IMG/VR virus record: IMGVR_UViG_3300046733_000629
Length of the DNA: 64,000 nucleotides
Direction: 5' to 3' (one strand)
Source: a virus
Lineage: Duplodnaviria; Caudoviricetes
The notes beneath the pieces are model-generated. The model was not told the origin of the DNA. It made no database searches and was given only the letters and a program-made list of their open reading frames with translations. The stretch's first letter is position 1, and each line of letters begins with the position of its first letter. Below, in pieces: positions 28,195 through 37,719 of the stretch. The translations under genes and the position numbers were made by a program.

Positions 28195-28955
28195 TGGCAA
28201 ACACAATAGCAGTATTTGGTTGTGGCTTCGTTGGTGGAACTGTAGCAAATTACTTAGAAGAACATGGAACTAAGGTTATAAGAGTAGATCCAAAACTATA
28301 TCCATTTCAAGATCCATATGATGCAGTTTTTGATTCAGATGGTATAGTAATTGCAGTACCAACTCCAAGTAAAGATGATGGTACATGTGATGATAGTATG
28401 ATTACAAAAGTATTATCTTACTGTGATGCTCGTTCAAAGGTATTGATTAAAAGCACAGTAACACCAGACTTGCTACAGAATTATGATGTAAATGTAGTAT
28501 ACAACCCTGAGTTCTTAAGAGAAGCACATGCAAAAGAAGACTTTGAAAATCAACATACATTTGTATTAGGACATCATAAGCATAATGAACCAGATGCAAA
28601 ATGGTGGGCAGAAGTATTTCAAATTGATGCATCAAAGTGTATATTTACAAATAGACGTACTGCAAGCATGATCAAATACACACATAATTCGTGGTTAGCA
28701 ACAAAAGTTGCATGGTTTCATGAGCTATATGATAATCTACCACCAGAAGTTGACTATGACGCTATTACTAGTGCCTTGGGTAGATTTCCTACAGTAGGAT
28801 CGACACATATGCAAGCGCCAAACTCAGAGGGCGGCCTAGGATATAGTGGTGCTTGTTTTCCTAAAGATGTAAAAGCCTTGACAAATGTCGTAAATCATAG
28901 TATACTTAGTAAAGTTAAAGAAACAAATAATAAACTAAACTCTAAAGGAGAATAA
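28194..28955 (+). CDS. UDP-glucose/GDP-mannose dehydrogenase family protein, short form
   Basis: IAVFGCGFVG, IAVPTP, IKSTV.P, NPEFLRE, GYSGACFPKD; the usual C-terminal domain is absent. Confidence 0.85.
   Translation: MANTIAVFGCGFVGGTVANYLEEHGTKVIRVDPKLYPFQDPYDAVFDSDGIVIAVPTPSKDDGTCDDSMITKVLSYCDARSKVLIKSTVTPDLLQNYDVNVVYNPEFLREAHAKEDFENQHTFVLGHHKHNEPDAKWWAEVFQIDASKCIFTNRRTASMIKYTHNSWLATKVAWFHELYDNLPPEVDYDAITSALGRFPTVGSTHMQAPNSEGGLGYSGACFPKDVKALTNVVNHSILSKVKETNNKLNSKGE
28878..28906 (+). promoter_or_regulatory. sigma70 promoter embedded in the dehydrogenase 3' end
   Basis: TTGACA-17-TATACT, upstream of 28956 and queE. Confidence 0.65.
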
Positions 28956-29453
28956 ATGATGAATGTAAAAGAACTATTAATTATTGCGTTAGGTTGTTTA
29001 ATATTTTTAGTAGCTACAAGTCCGGTAAGAGCAGACGAAGTAGAAAAACAAAAAGTAGATGGATATGTAAAACACTACTACAAAACTGTTCAAGTGCAAA
29101 ATAGGCAGAATAACAGAGTATGTAGAGATGTTGATGTTCCAATTTACGGTAACAGTAATCAAGGTTTATCAGGAGAACAAGTTATAGGTGCTATTATTGG
29201 TGGCGTAATTGGTTCTAAAATTGGTAAAGGTGATGGGAATAAGATTGCAACAGGCGTTGGTGCAGTAATTGGTTCTCAAGTAGGTAAAAACAAAACACAA
29301 CAAAACATTGTTGGATACAAAAGAACAACAGTGTGTGAAGACAATCCTACTTATACAACAGAATATAAAAGAGTATACAGTCACAGTGTTGTTAGGTTTA
29401 CTGACAATGAAAACAGAGTATATGATATTAAATTCCAGAAGTATCAAAACTAG
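28956..29453 (+). CDS. Glycine-zipper 2TM exported protein
   Basis: Signal-like N-terminus; GAIIGGVIGSKIGKG...ATGVGAVIGSQVG. Confidence 0.8.
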   Translation: MMNVKELLIIALGCLIFLVATSPVRADEVEKQKVDGYVKHYYKTVQVQNRQNNRVCRDVDVPIYGNSNQGLSGEQVIGAIIGGVIGSKIGKGDGNKIATGVGAVIGSQVGKNKTQQNIVGYKRTTVCEDNPTYTTEYKRVYSHSVVRFTDNENRVYDIKFQKYQN

Positions 29454-29468
29454 TAACAGGAGAAAACA

Positions 29469-30365
29469 TTGGATAAGCTAAGGTATAGTGAAGCTTTCTA
29501 TTCGGTACAAGGTGAAGGTAAATTTGTAGGAGTGCCTAGTGTATTCCTACGTACATTTGGTTGTAACTTTCGTTGCATGAACTTTGGAGTAGATACAAAG
29601 AAAGATCGTTGGGAACAACATGCAGAAGGTAACAGGTATAATGCAGAAGTAAAAGGTTTGCTTGATGCAGGTGTACATAAACAAGAAATTGAATTTGAAC
29701 AGTTACCTATTGTACATACAGGTTGTGATACTTATGCAAGTATCTATCCTGAATTTAAACATTTTAATAAACAAGCTACAATTGATGAAGTTGTAGAACA
29801 TCTTCTATCGTTAACACCTAATGGTAAGTGGGTACAAGACAATGGGCAAGATGTACATCTTATTTTAACAGGCGGCGAACCATTGCTTGCTTGGCAAAGA
29901 TTATATATTGATCTTTTTAACCACCCACGTATGAAGGATTTAAAAAATGTTACATTTGAAACAAACACTACACAAAAATTACATGCAGATTTTGCAGAGT
30001 ATCTCAACAATCAAGACAGAATCAAAGTCACTTGGAGTTGTTCCCCAAAACTTAGTGTTAGCGGAGAACGTTGGGAAGATGCTATTAAACCTAGTGTGGC
30101 TAATGAATATATTAGTGTTAACGATAGTGACATGTATCTTAAGTTTGTTGTCGCTAGTGAAGATGATTTTAACGAAGTCAAAAAAGCTGTTAGTGCTTAT
30201 CAGAGTTCCGGGGTACAATGTCCAGTATATCTTATGCCGCTTGGCGGACGTAGTGAAGAATACTCCCTTAACGTTAAAGACGTGGCTGAAGCGTGTATGG
30301 CAGAAGGTTGGAGGTTCACACCAAGACTCCACATCAGTCTCTTCGGAAACGCCTGGGGAACATAA
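29469..30365 (+). CDS. queE: 7-carboxy-7-deazaguanine synthase (radical SAM)
   Basis: EAFYSVQGEG, VFLRTFGCNFRC, GCDT, LTGGEPL, FETN, SPKL, PRLH; TTG start with SD aggag. Confidence 0.93.
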   Translation: MDKLRYSEAFYSVQGEGKFVGVPSVFLRTFGCNFRCMNFGVDTKKDRWEQHAEGNRYNAEVKGLLDAGVHKQEIEFEQLPIVHTGCDTYASIYPEFKHFNKQATIDEVVEHLLSLTPNGKWVQDNGQDVHLILTGGEPLLAWQRLYIDLFNHPRMKDLKNVTFETNTTQKLHADFAEYLNNQDRIKVTWSCSPKLSVSGERWEDAIKPSVANEYISVNDSDMYLKFVVASEDDFNEVKKAVSAYQSSGVQCPVYLMPLGGRSEEYSLNVKDVAEACMAEGWRFTPRLHISLFGNAWGT

Positions 30366-30402
30366 ACTTAATGAAGGCTTAGAGTTTGACACAGGTGAAG
30401 AT

Positions 30403-30513
30403 ATGCTTCTAAGTTTACGAGACAAGTATATAGAAAAAAATAAAGAGTATAACAAAAAAGTCAATAAGAATAAAGAAGTTGACGAAGATGCAATTAGAAA
30501 AGCAGGATGGTAA
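30403..30513 (+). CDS. Very small hypothetical protein (36 aa)
   Basis: SD aggtga before ATG 30403; fills the gap after queE. Confidence 0.4.
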   Translation: MLLSLRDKYIEKNKEYNKKVNKNKEVDEDAIRKAGW

Positions 30514-30516
30514 ATT

Positions 30517-30720
30517 ATGCAAGATCCAAAAATTAAAAAACTAGTAACTACATTTGAATCTGATTTAGATAAAATTAATAAATCATGGAATGCATTGCAA
30601 AAGTCAGGTGTGTATGTACGTATGGAAATACGAGGCAATCATACATACGATGATCCAAAATGGCTTGAAGCAAATCAAATTACAGAAGAAGTGAGTTACA
30701 AGAAAAGTATTAAAGAATGA
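30517..30720 (+). CDS. Hypothetical protein
   Basis: 67-aa ORF coupled to sufE. Confidence 0.6.
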   Translation: MQDPKIKKLVTTFESDLDKINKSWNALQKSGVYVRMEIRGNHTYDDPKWLEANQITEEVSYKKSIKE

Positions 30721-31109
30721 AAATAAACAAATGGTCAGAAGATCTAGGTTTATTAGAAGGTCAAGAAAGACTAATGTATCTGGTTGACTTGGCAAGAAAT
30801 GCAACAACATTACCTAAAGAACTACGTACAGACGACAGACTAATAGGCGGGTGTATGAGTAAGATATGGGTAGATGTTGGCGTAAAAGAAAATATAGTGC
30901 ATGTATATTATGATAGTGACGCTATGATTACAAAAGGAATTACAAGCATAGTTTGTGATTGCTTTTCAGACATGCCAGTTGAAGATGCAAAAAAGATAAA
31001 GTCCGAGGACTTCGAAGGATTAGGTATACAGCAGTTACTGACTCCTCAAAGGCGAAATGGCCTAGGAAGTTTAATTGGAACAATTATAGATAAGGTAAGC
31101 AGAATATGA
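30717..31109 (+). CDS. sufE: SufE-family Fe-S sulfur-transfer protein
   Basis: IGGCMSKIWV (active Cys), DSDAMITKGI, LTPQRRNGL. Confidence 0.88.
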   Translation: MKINKWSEDLGLLEGQERLMYLVDLARNATTLPKELRTDDRLIGGCMSKIWVDVGVKENIVHVYYDSDAMITKGITSIVCDCFSDMPVEDAKKIKSEDFEGLGIQQLLTPQRRNGLGSLIGTIIDKVSRI

Positions 31110-32203
31110 AGCAAGGCAATTATATTTTTACAAGCGAAAGTGTAAGTAGAGGGCACCCAGATAAGGTGTCAGATCAAATTAGTGATGCACTAGTTGATGC
31201 AGGACTAAAAAACGGCGACGAGACAACTCGTGTAGCAGTTGAAACACTTGTAACCACTAACCATGTAACGGTAGCGGGTGAGGTAAAAAACTTTAACGTA
31301 AGCAATGATGAGGTAAAACAAATCATTCGTGATAAAGTTAAAGAGATTGGATATGAACAAGATGGATTCCATTGGGATAATTTAAACATCTATAACGAAA
31401 TTCATTCCCAATCAGGAGATATTGGATTAGGAACAGACAACTTTGGTGCAGGTGACCAAGGTATTATGTTTGGTTATGCATGCACAGATAACGATGCAAT
31501 GCTACCAGCACCTATTCATTACTCACATGAAATTCTAAAACGTTTAGATGCAATGAGAGCAGAAGGATATGAATTTTTATTACCAGATGCTAAGTCACAA
31601 GTAAGTGTTCAATACGATGGCGGTAAGGTAAAACGTATTGATCAAATTGTTGTGTCACATCAACACAAAGAAGGATTTCAACATAGCATTAAGGCACCTA
31701 TTAAAGATGCCGCAGAAGAAGTATTAGGAGATTTAATTGATAAAGAAACTGTATGGCATATCAATCCTACTGGTAATTTTGTTATTGGTGGACCCGATGG
31801 AGACACAGGTCTCACAGGCAGAAAGATTATTGTTGATACTTATGGTGGTTTTGCTCCCCATGGCGGCGGCGCATTTAGTGGAAAAGATCCTACCAAAGTA
31901 GACCGTTCAGCGGCATATATGGCACGTTGGTTAGCAAAGAATGTAGTAGCAGATAACATGGCTGATTGGTGTAGTATTCAACTTAGCTATGCAATTGGTG
32001 TAAAAGAGCCTACTAGCATTTACGTTGATAGTGATGGACACAATAGAAGTATTCAAAAGTTTATTGAAGATAATATTGATCTAACACCAAAAGCGATCAT
32101 TGACAGATTTGATTTATTCAAGTATACTAAGTATAGTGAAAATTGTATTTACGGACACTTTGGTAATAAAGATGTTCCGTGGGAACAGATTGGATGGAAA
32201 TAG
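31106..32203 (+). CDS. metK: S-adenosylmethionine synthetase
   Basis: FTSESVSRGHPDK, GAGDQG, PDAKSQV, GGPDGDTGLTGRKII, GGGAFSGKDPTKVDRS. Confidence 0.97.
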   Translation: MKQGNYIFTSESVSRGHPDKVSDQISDALVDAGLKNGDETTRVAVETLVTTNHVTVAGEVKNFNVSNDEVKQIIRDKVKEIGYEQDGFHWDNLNIYNEIHSQSGDIGLGTDNFGAGDQGIMFGYACTDNDAMLPAPIHYSHEILKRLDAMRAEGYEFLLPDAKSQVSVQYDGGKVKRIDQIVVSHQHKEGFQHSIKAPIKDAAEEVLGDLIDKETVWHINPTGNFVIGGPDGDTGLTGRKIIVDTYGGFAPHGGGAFSGKDPTKVDRSAAYMARWLAKNVVADNMADWCSIQLSYAIGVKEPTSIYVDSDGHNRSIQKFIEDNIDLTPKAIIDRFDLFKYTKYSENCIYGHFGNKDVPWEQIGWK

Positions 32204-32211
32204 GAGGAAAT

Positions 32212-32481
32212 ATGATGGGTTGGTGGAACAAACTAGTACAACGTAAAAAAGCCGAAGAAGTAAGTGCTAAAGATAAAGCTACTGCTAAAGGCGAACCTTA
32301 TGTAAAAGTACTAGAAGTTAAGTTTGATAAAGACAAACCAGGTGATGGTTACTTTGAATTAGAATGGAATCAAATATTTGTAAAACAATTACTTGAAGCA
32401 GGCTATTCAGGTGCCGATGAAAATGAAATAGTTGATGCATGGTTTACCGGACTTTGCAGAACAATTGCAGACGAACAGTAA
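32212..32481 (+). CDS. Hypothetical phage protein
   Basis: SD aggagg; EPYVKVL...YFELEWN...VDAWF. Confidence 0.75.
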   Translation: MMGWWNKLVQRKKAEEVSAKDKATAKGEPYVKVLEVKFDKDKPGDGYFELEWNQIFVKQLLEAGYSGADENEIVDAWFTGLCRTIADEQ

Positions 32482-32484
32482 TAC

Positions 32485-32513
32485 TTGACATTCCATTCGT
32501 GGTGTGTTACAAT
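32485..32513 (+). promoter_or_regulatory. sigma70 promoter with extended -10
   Basis: TTGACA-17-TACAAT with TG at 32505-32506. Confidence 0.85.
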
Positions 32514-32539
32514 ATAAACTTAATAATTACAGGATCTTT

Positions 32540-33541
32540 ATGATGAGTTATATACTAGTAGACGCGGCTAATATGTTTTTCCGTGCTAGGCATGTAGTAC
32601 AACGTGGTGCAGATATGTACACAAAAATTGGTATGAGTTATCATATCATGTTTAACAGTATTAATAAAGTATGGCGAGAGCAAAATGGTACACATGTTGT
32701 ACTATGCTTGGAAGGCCGTAGTTGGCGTAAAGACGCATATGAACCTTACAAACGTAATAGGTCTGTTGCACGTGAAGCACTTAATGATAAAGATGCAGAA
32801 GAAGATCGTGCATTTTGGGAAGCCTTTGATGAGCTTAAAACATTCTTTGAGAAACGTACAAATGTAACTGTATTACAACATGGCGAATGTGAAGCAGATG
32901 ACTTTATTGCACGTTGGATACAGAATCATCCCGATGACAAGCATTGCATTGTAAGCAGTGATAGTGACTTTTATCAGTTACTTGCTCCTAATGTTAATCA
33001 GTACAATGGTATTACAGGACAACTTATTACAACTGAAGGCATCTTTAATGATAAGGGTAAACCTGTTATTGATAAGAAAACTAAAGAGCCTAAAGAAATA
33101 GGTGACCCACAGTGGTTGTTGTTTGAGAAGTGTATACGAGGCGACACTAGTGACAATGTGTTTAGTGCATGTCCAGGTGCTCGTAAGAAAGGCACTAAGA
33201 ACAAAGTAGGTATGTTAGAAGCATTTGCAGATAAAGATACTAAAGGTTATAATTGGAATAACTTTATGCTACAACGTTGGGTAGATCATGAGAACGTTGA
33301 ACATCGTGTGTTAGAAGATTACGAACGTAATAGACAAATTATTGATCTCACTATGCAACCCGATCATATTAAAACAAAGCTAGATGAAGCTATTGTAGAA
33401 CAAGTACAAAAAGAACAGAAGTCACAAGTAGGTATACACTTTATGAAGTTCTGTGGTAAATGGGATATGCAAAAGATTGTAGACAAAGCACAAGATCATT
33501 CTAATTATCTCAATAGGAGTTATGCAAGTGCCAAGGCCTAG
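32540..33541 (+). CDS. rnh: T4-type RNase H / 5'-3' exonuclease (FEN-like)
   Basis: ILVDAANMFFR, CEADDFIA, VSSDSDFYQL, GDTSDNV. Confidence 0.9.
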   Translation: MMSYILVDAANMFFRARHVVQRGADMYTKIGMSYHIMFNSINKVWREQNGTHVVLCLEGRSWRKDAYEPYKRNRSVAREALNDKDAEEDRAFWEAFDELKTFFEKRTNVTVLQHGECEADDFIARWIQNHPDDKHCIVSSDSDFYQLLAPNVNQYNGITGQLITTEGIFNDKGKPVIDKKTKEPKEIGDPQWLLFEKCIRGDTSDNVFSACPGARKKGTKNKVGMLEAFADKDTKGYNWNNFMLQRWVDHENVEHRVLEDYERNRQIIDLTMQPDHIKTKLDEAIVEQVQKEQKSQVGIHFMKFCGKWDMQKIVDKAQDHSNYLNRSYASAKA

Positions 33542-34262
33542 AGCATACGTTTTTGATGTAGATGGTACACTTACTGTAAGTAGAACTCTAATGGATCCAG
33601 AATTCAAAGAGTTCTTTACAAAATTCATAGAATATAATAAAGTATATATTGTAACAGGTAGTGACTATTCTAAAACATTAGAACAACTAGGCGAAGATAC
33701 AATGCATGCAGTAGAACGTTCATATAATTGCAGTGGAAATAGTGTATGGGAAAATGGTATTAACGTACATAATAACGAATGGAAGTTAGATGAAAAGCCT
33801 TGGAAGTATTTAGAATCTAAATTAATCCATAGTCACTTTGAACCAAAGACAGGATGGCATTTTGATGAACGACCAGGACTATTGAATTTTAGTATACTAG
33901 GTAGAAATGCAAAACCTCATCAAAGAGCAATGTATGAAGAGTTTGATATGAAACATAAAGAACGTGAATACATTGCATCTGAATTTAATTACCACTTTCA
34001 AAAAGAATATAAAATTGTTGCACAAGTTGCAGGTGCAACAGGTTTAGATATTATGCCTATAGGAAAAGACAAAAGGCAAATCTTAAAAGACTTTGACGAT
34101 ATGCATGTTACCTTCTTTGGTGACATGATGCAACCCGGAGGCAATGACGCTCCACTTAAAAATGCAATCACATCTAGGAACAATACTTCAGATAAAGTTA
34201 TTCAAGTAACTGATTGGCAACACACATACAATGAACTAAAGGAGATTACAAATGGTAATTGA
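33522..34262 (+). CDS. HAD-IIB phosphomannomutase-like enzyme
   Basis: FDVDGTLTVSR, VTGSD, NFSILGR, FFGD...GGND. Confidence 0.85.
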   Translation: MQVPRPRAYVFDVDGTLTVSRTLMDPEFKEFFTKFIEYNKVYIVTGSDYSKTLEQLGEDTMHAVERSYNCSGNSVWENGINVHNNEWKLDEKPWKYLESKLIHSHFEPKTGWHFDERPGLLNFSILGRNAKPHQRAMYEEFDMKHKEREYIASEFNYHFQKEYKIVAQVAGATGLDIMPIGKDKRQILKDFDDMHVTFFGDMMQPGGNDAPLKNAITSRNNTSDKVIQVTDWQHTYNELKEITNGN

Positions 34263-34518
34263 ACGAGAAGAACTACAAGCACTACTTCAAGAAAAGGTTA
34301 TGGAAGTTACCTTTACTAAAATTAATGGCGATAAACGTATCATGGAATGTACATTGCAAGCATCAGTTTTGCCACCAGCAAAAAAAGATGAACCAATTAC
34401 ACAGAAGAAAGTACGTGCAATTAATCCAGAAGTTATGAGTGTATGGGATACAAATGCAAATGGCTTTAGAAGTTTCCGTATGGCAAATATTTTGGAAGTA
34501 AAAGAAGTAACTGCATAA
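34252..34518 (+). CDS. Small SH3-like / WYL_2 protein
   Basis: VTFTKINGDKRIMECTL...VWD...GFRSFR. Confidence 0.7.
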   Translation: MVIEREELQALLQEKVMEVTFTKINGDKRIMECTLQASVLPPAKKDEPITQKKVRAINPEVMSVWDTNANGFRSFRMANILEVKEVTA

Positions 34519-34964
34519 TGTCATTAAAGATTAAAGAAATTATAAAAGATAAGTTTTGGATTGTAGAAGGACAGTATGGAAAGGCTGGAACACTACGAAA
34601 ACTTGATGATGGCTATGAATTCTTTGATCAGAATAATAACACAAAACAGCTATTAGATAGCCTTAAGAGCTTCAAACAAGCTAATACAGCGCCTATTACT
34701 GGTTCAGTGCAAGTATACAAGGGTCTTCCTACAAACACCGTAGAATTATACCCTGTTGAGCACGACACAATGCCATTGTTTAAGAAATCACTAAATGCTA
34801 AAACTACGTTTGTAGCAGGTTACTATATTTTAAAATATGAAGGAATGGGGTGGCAACATGCGTTCTGTCCTAAACTAGAAACAGTTGAAAAATATGAGAC
34901 AAGAGGTCCATATTTTACAGAATGGGATATGAACATAAATTTAAAGAAGGCGAGGAAAGAATGA
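34518..34964 (+). CDS. Hypothetical phage protein
   Basis: 148-aa coupled ORF; AGYYIL...WQHAFCPKL. Confidence 0.7.
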   Translation: MSLKIKEIIKDKFWIVEGQYGKAGTLRKLDDGYEFFDQNNNTKQLLDSLKSFKQANTAPITGSVQVYKGLPTNTVELYPVEHDTMPLFKKSLNAKTTFVAGYYILKYEGMGWQHAFCPKLETVEKYETRGPYFTEWDMNINLKKARKE

Positions 34965-35383
34965 AAATATTACAATATATTTTAATTGGTACATGCTGTC
35001 TTGCGTGGGTAGCATATGCTAAAGCACAAACAATTAACCCAGATGATATGTTAAACAATGATAATGGTACTATAGAAGCTCCGGCACCCAAAGTACCTGA
35101 ATCACAGCCAAAACTATCAAAAGAATGGGTAACACTAAGTCGTGGAGTACTATGTAATTCAATTGGTATGGTACGTGAGATGTTAAAAACTATGCGAGGA
35201 CAGACTACATGGGCCGCGGCGGCAAATCAAATGCAACCAGGTGATCCTTTTAATGCATTAATTATTGTTAGAAATCCAGAAACAAGGTCGTATTCAGTAA
35301 TACTAATGAGTACAGACAACAACATAGCATGTATTGTTTCAACAGGTATAGGTTTAGAACTGTTAGATAACGATCAAAACTAA
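34961..35383 (+). CDS. Exported hypothetical protein
   Basis: SD gagg before ATG 34961; signal-peptide-like N-terminus ending AKA. Confidence 0.65.
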   Translation: MKILQYILIGTCCLAWVAYAKAQTINPDDMLNNDNGTIEAPAPKVPESQPKLSKEWVTLSRGVLCNSIGMVREMLKTMRGQTTWAAAANQMQPGDPFNALIIVRNPETRSYSVILMSTDNNIACIVSTGIGLELLDNDQN

Positions 35384-35423
35384 GTTTCTAAAAGCCATTA
35401 AGTATAGTTTTTTCTTCGATATG

Positions 35424-35431
35424 TATAAATA
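35424..35431 (+). promoter_or_regulatory. T4-type late promoter TATAAATA
   Basis: Exact T4 late consensus, intergenic, 23 nt before ATG 35455. Confidence 0.7.
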
Positions 35432-35454
35432 CACATATAGGAGAAACAATAATA

Positions 35455-35757
35455 ATGGCAAGACCAAAACCCAACATTATACTTGATCAAGTTGATAAGA
35501 GTTATAATAGTGAACAGATACTAGAAGCAGATGCAATATACGCAGTATATTACGAAAACAAACCAATAAACCTAAGGACAATGAATACACTAGTAAATTA
35601 TCCAGGTCCAAAGTATAAGAAGGTAAGTTTCTCAAATAGCGGGCATGCATTTAATTTATCGGATAGACTAAACAAAAAGTTTAATACAAATAAATTTAAT
35701 GTGGTAAAATTGATAGATGGTGAAACAGTCACAAGAGATTCAAAAAATTCAAACTAA
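35455..35757 (+). CDS. Hypothetical phage protein
   Basis: SD aggag; MARPKP...PGPKYKKVSFSN.GHA. Confidence 0.75.
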   Translation: MARPKPNIILDQVDKSYNSEQILEADAIYAVYYENKPINLRTMNTLVNYPGPKYKKVSFSNSGHAFNLSDRLNKKFNTNKFNVVKLIDGETVTRDSKNSN

Positions 35758-36034
35758 AATTATAGATTTGATTAAAATTGAGTTGACACCAAAAATAGTA
35801 TTTAAAAACTCACATACCTTACGGTTAACAAAAACAGGTGAACGTGTGTTAAGCAAGCTATACGACAGTTATTCATTTGACCCACCAAAGTTAAATGGAC
35901 ATAATTTAATTAATTTATTAAGAAAAATGAGATATCCGTATTACATTGATAAGAAGAAGCTAGTTCTATTTACTGAACAAGATTCGTTTCTTGCAAAATT
36001 AGCCGGAGCACAAGGATGGTTAGATGGCAAATAG
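35717..36034 (+). CDS. Hypothetical protein
   Basis: 105-aa ORF; PYYIDKKKLVLF. Confidence 0.6.
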   Translation: MVKQSQEIQKIQTKIIDLIKIELTPKIVFKNSHTLRLTKTGERVLSKLYDSYSFDPPKLNGHNLINLLRKMRYPYYIDKKKLVLFTEQDSFLAKLAGAQGWLDGK

Positions 36035-36233
36035 AATAAATGACTTTGATATACCAGAGTTAATATCAGTACACTGTACTGACAATGATCAAGATGTAGA
36101 AGTACAATACCTTTCACATCATAACAATACAATTAAAACAAGTTTACAAGGTATGAGATTAAACTTTGTACATTTAAAAAGGAACATTTACGTTGCTAAT
36201 TACTTAGGCCGCGAATTTGTAATGAAACTATGA
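36024..36233 (+). CDS. Hypothetical protein
   Basis: 69-aa coupled ORF. Confidence 0.6.
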   Translation: MANRINDFDIPELISVHCTDNDQDVEVQYLSHHNNTIKTSLQGMRLNFVHLKRNIYVANYLGREFVMKL

Positions 36234-36532
36234 AATTAGATTTACACGGAAATACAGTACATGCAGGCTGGAAAGTATTTACAGAACATGTAGCAGAATG
36301 TTATTTTAACAATATAAAAACAACAGAAATTATTACAGGACATGGCAAGATTGCTAAAGAGATTGAGTCCTGGGTACATGGAAATAGACATTGTACTGAA
36401 ATTCAACCTCACCCACAAAACACAGGGTCTTACTATGTAAAAATACGTAAGAACAAATTAAAGCAGAAACCTCAAAAAGTCAATACAAGTGTAGATTTAT
36501 CTCCACTATTAAAGAAATTTAATTCCTATTGA
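36230..36532 (+). CDS. Stand-alone Smr-domain protein
   Basis: LDLHG...EIITGHG...N.G. Confidence 0.8.
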   Translation: MKLDLHGNTVHAGWKVFTEHVAECYFNNIKTTEIITGHGKIAKEIESWVHGNRHCTEIQPHPQNTGSYYVKIRKNKLKQKPQKVNTSVDLSPLLKKFNSY

Positions 36533-36557
36533 CAGTATGTACAAACTCGTATATTAT
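36529..36557 (+). promoter_or_regulatory. sigma70 promoter
   Basis: TTGACA-17-TATTAT; its TGA is the Smr stop codon. Confidence 0.8.
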
Positions 36558-36588
36558 AACTTAAATCAACCAAGAAGAGAATGTATAA

Positions 36589-37038
36589 ATGTCAAATAAT
36601 AGTTTCGCTCAATTTGTACAACAGATAAACACTATGAATAAAGAACAAACAGAAGGCCAGGTAAAAATAAATCCTAAGGAAAATGCCAAGTGGTGGTATA
36701 AACTTAGTTTAGAAGAAAAACAAAAAGCATTTTATGCAGTAATCAGCACAATGTATAAAGCTGAAGTAGAAGACAGGGGTAATTTTAGACATTCAATTTA
36801 TGATGTATTTAAATTTGGCCCTGATATGTATGAAGCTACAATTGCTTCAGGATATGAAAAGTTGCATGATTTATTAGAAGAAGATGATATGTTTAAAGAT
36901 ATAAACAATATTCAGTTAGCAGATGAGTCGGGATCAATAAGCCTTGATATTAACGTCAACGGATTTGAAATTGATACAGTAGATAACGGCTACGGAAGCA
37001 AAACACTTAGAATTAAATTTACGCCAGACCCAGAGTAG
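36589..37038 (+). CDS. Hypothetical protein
   Basis: 149-aa ORF after the promoter. Confidence 0.65.
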   Translation: MSNNSFAQFVQQINTMNKEQTEGQVKINPKENAKWWYKLSLEEKQKAFYAVISTMYKAEVEDRGNFRHSIYDVFKFGPDMYEATIASGYEKLHDLLEEDDMFKDINNIQLADESGSISLDINVNGFEIDTVDNGYGSKTLRIKFTPDPE

Positions 37039-37053
37039 AAGAGGATTAACCAA

Positions 37054-37719
37054 ATGTCAGTAAAGCTAGTAAGCTACACAACTCCATCTAATGAGTTCCA
37101 CGATAAGGGATTAGAAAATGTGCAAGACTTAGTTGCATTCTGTGCAAAAGTATCAAACCCTGCATCACAAATTAATAAAGAAACAAGTGAGAAGCTTATT
37201 AAGTATTTAATTAAGCACCAACATTGGAGTCCACTTGAGATGGCAAACGCTGTTTTAGAAATTGAAACTACCAGAGACATTGCACATCAAATTGTAAGAC
37301 ATAGAAGTTTTGCATTCCAAGAATTTAGTCAACGTTATGCAAACCCAAATGAAATGGGTGACATGTTTGTAATACGTGAAGCACGATTGCAAGATACTAA
37401 GAACAGACAGAACAGTGTAGAAGTTGATAGCGAATCAGATATTCATTATGCTTGGGCTTCTAAACAACAAGAAGTAATTGACAAAGCAAAAGAAGCATAC
37501 GATTGGGCGATAAATAATGGTATAGCCAAAGAACAAGCTAGAGCAGTATTACCAGAAGGAAATACAAAGACACGATTGTACATGAATGGTACAATTCGTA
37601 GTTGGGTACATTACATTGAATTACGAAGTGCTAATGGTACGCAAAAAGAACATATGGAGATTGCGATTGCTTGTGCTAAAGTAATAGCACAAATATTTCC
37701 AATCGCCAAGGAGTTGTAA
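37054..37719 (+). CDS. thyX: FAD-dependent thymidylate synthase
   Basis: HWSPLE, RHRSFAFQEFSQRY, EQARAVLP, Q.EH. Confidence 0.95.
   Translation: MSVKLVSYTTPSNEFHDKGLENVQDLVAFCAKVSNPASQINKETSEKLIKYLIKHQHWSPLEMANAVLEIETTRDIAHQIVRHRSFAFQEFSQRYANPNEMGDMFVIREARLQDTKNRQNSVEVDSESDIHYAWASKQQEVIDKAKEAYDWAINNGIAKEQARAVLPEGNTKTRLYMNGTIRSWVHYIELRSANGTQKEHMEIAIACAKVIAQIFPIAKEL

Noticed and set aside
29574-29726. Mini-intein in QueE
   Set aside because: The insert is only 49 aa and lacks a C-terminal His-Asn and other splicing motifs.
29947-30638. Long overlapping ORFs 29947-30513 (+) and 29979-30638 (-)
   Set aside because: They overlap queE with no motifs; only the last 36 codons of the + frame (from 30403) are plausible as a gene.
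35783-35811. TTGACA hexamers at 8407, 35783 and 47143 as promoters
   Set aside because: No acceptable -10 box lies at 16-18 nt spacing.
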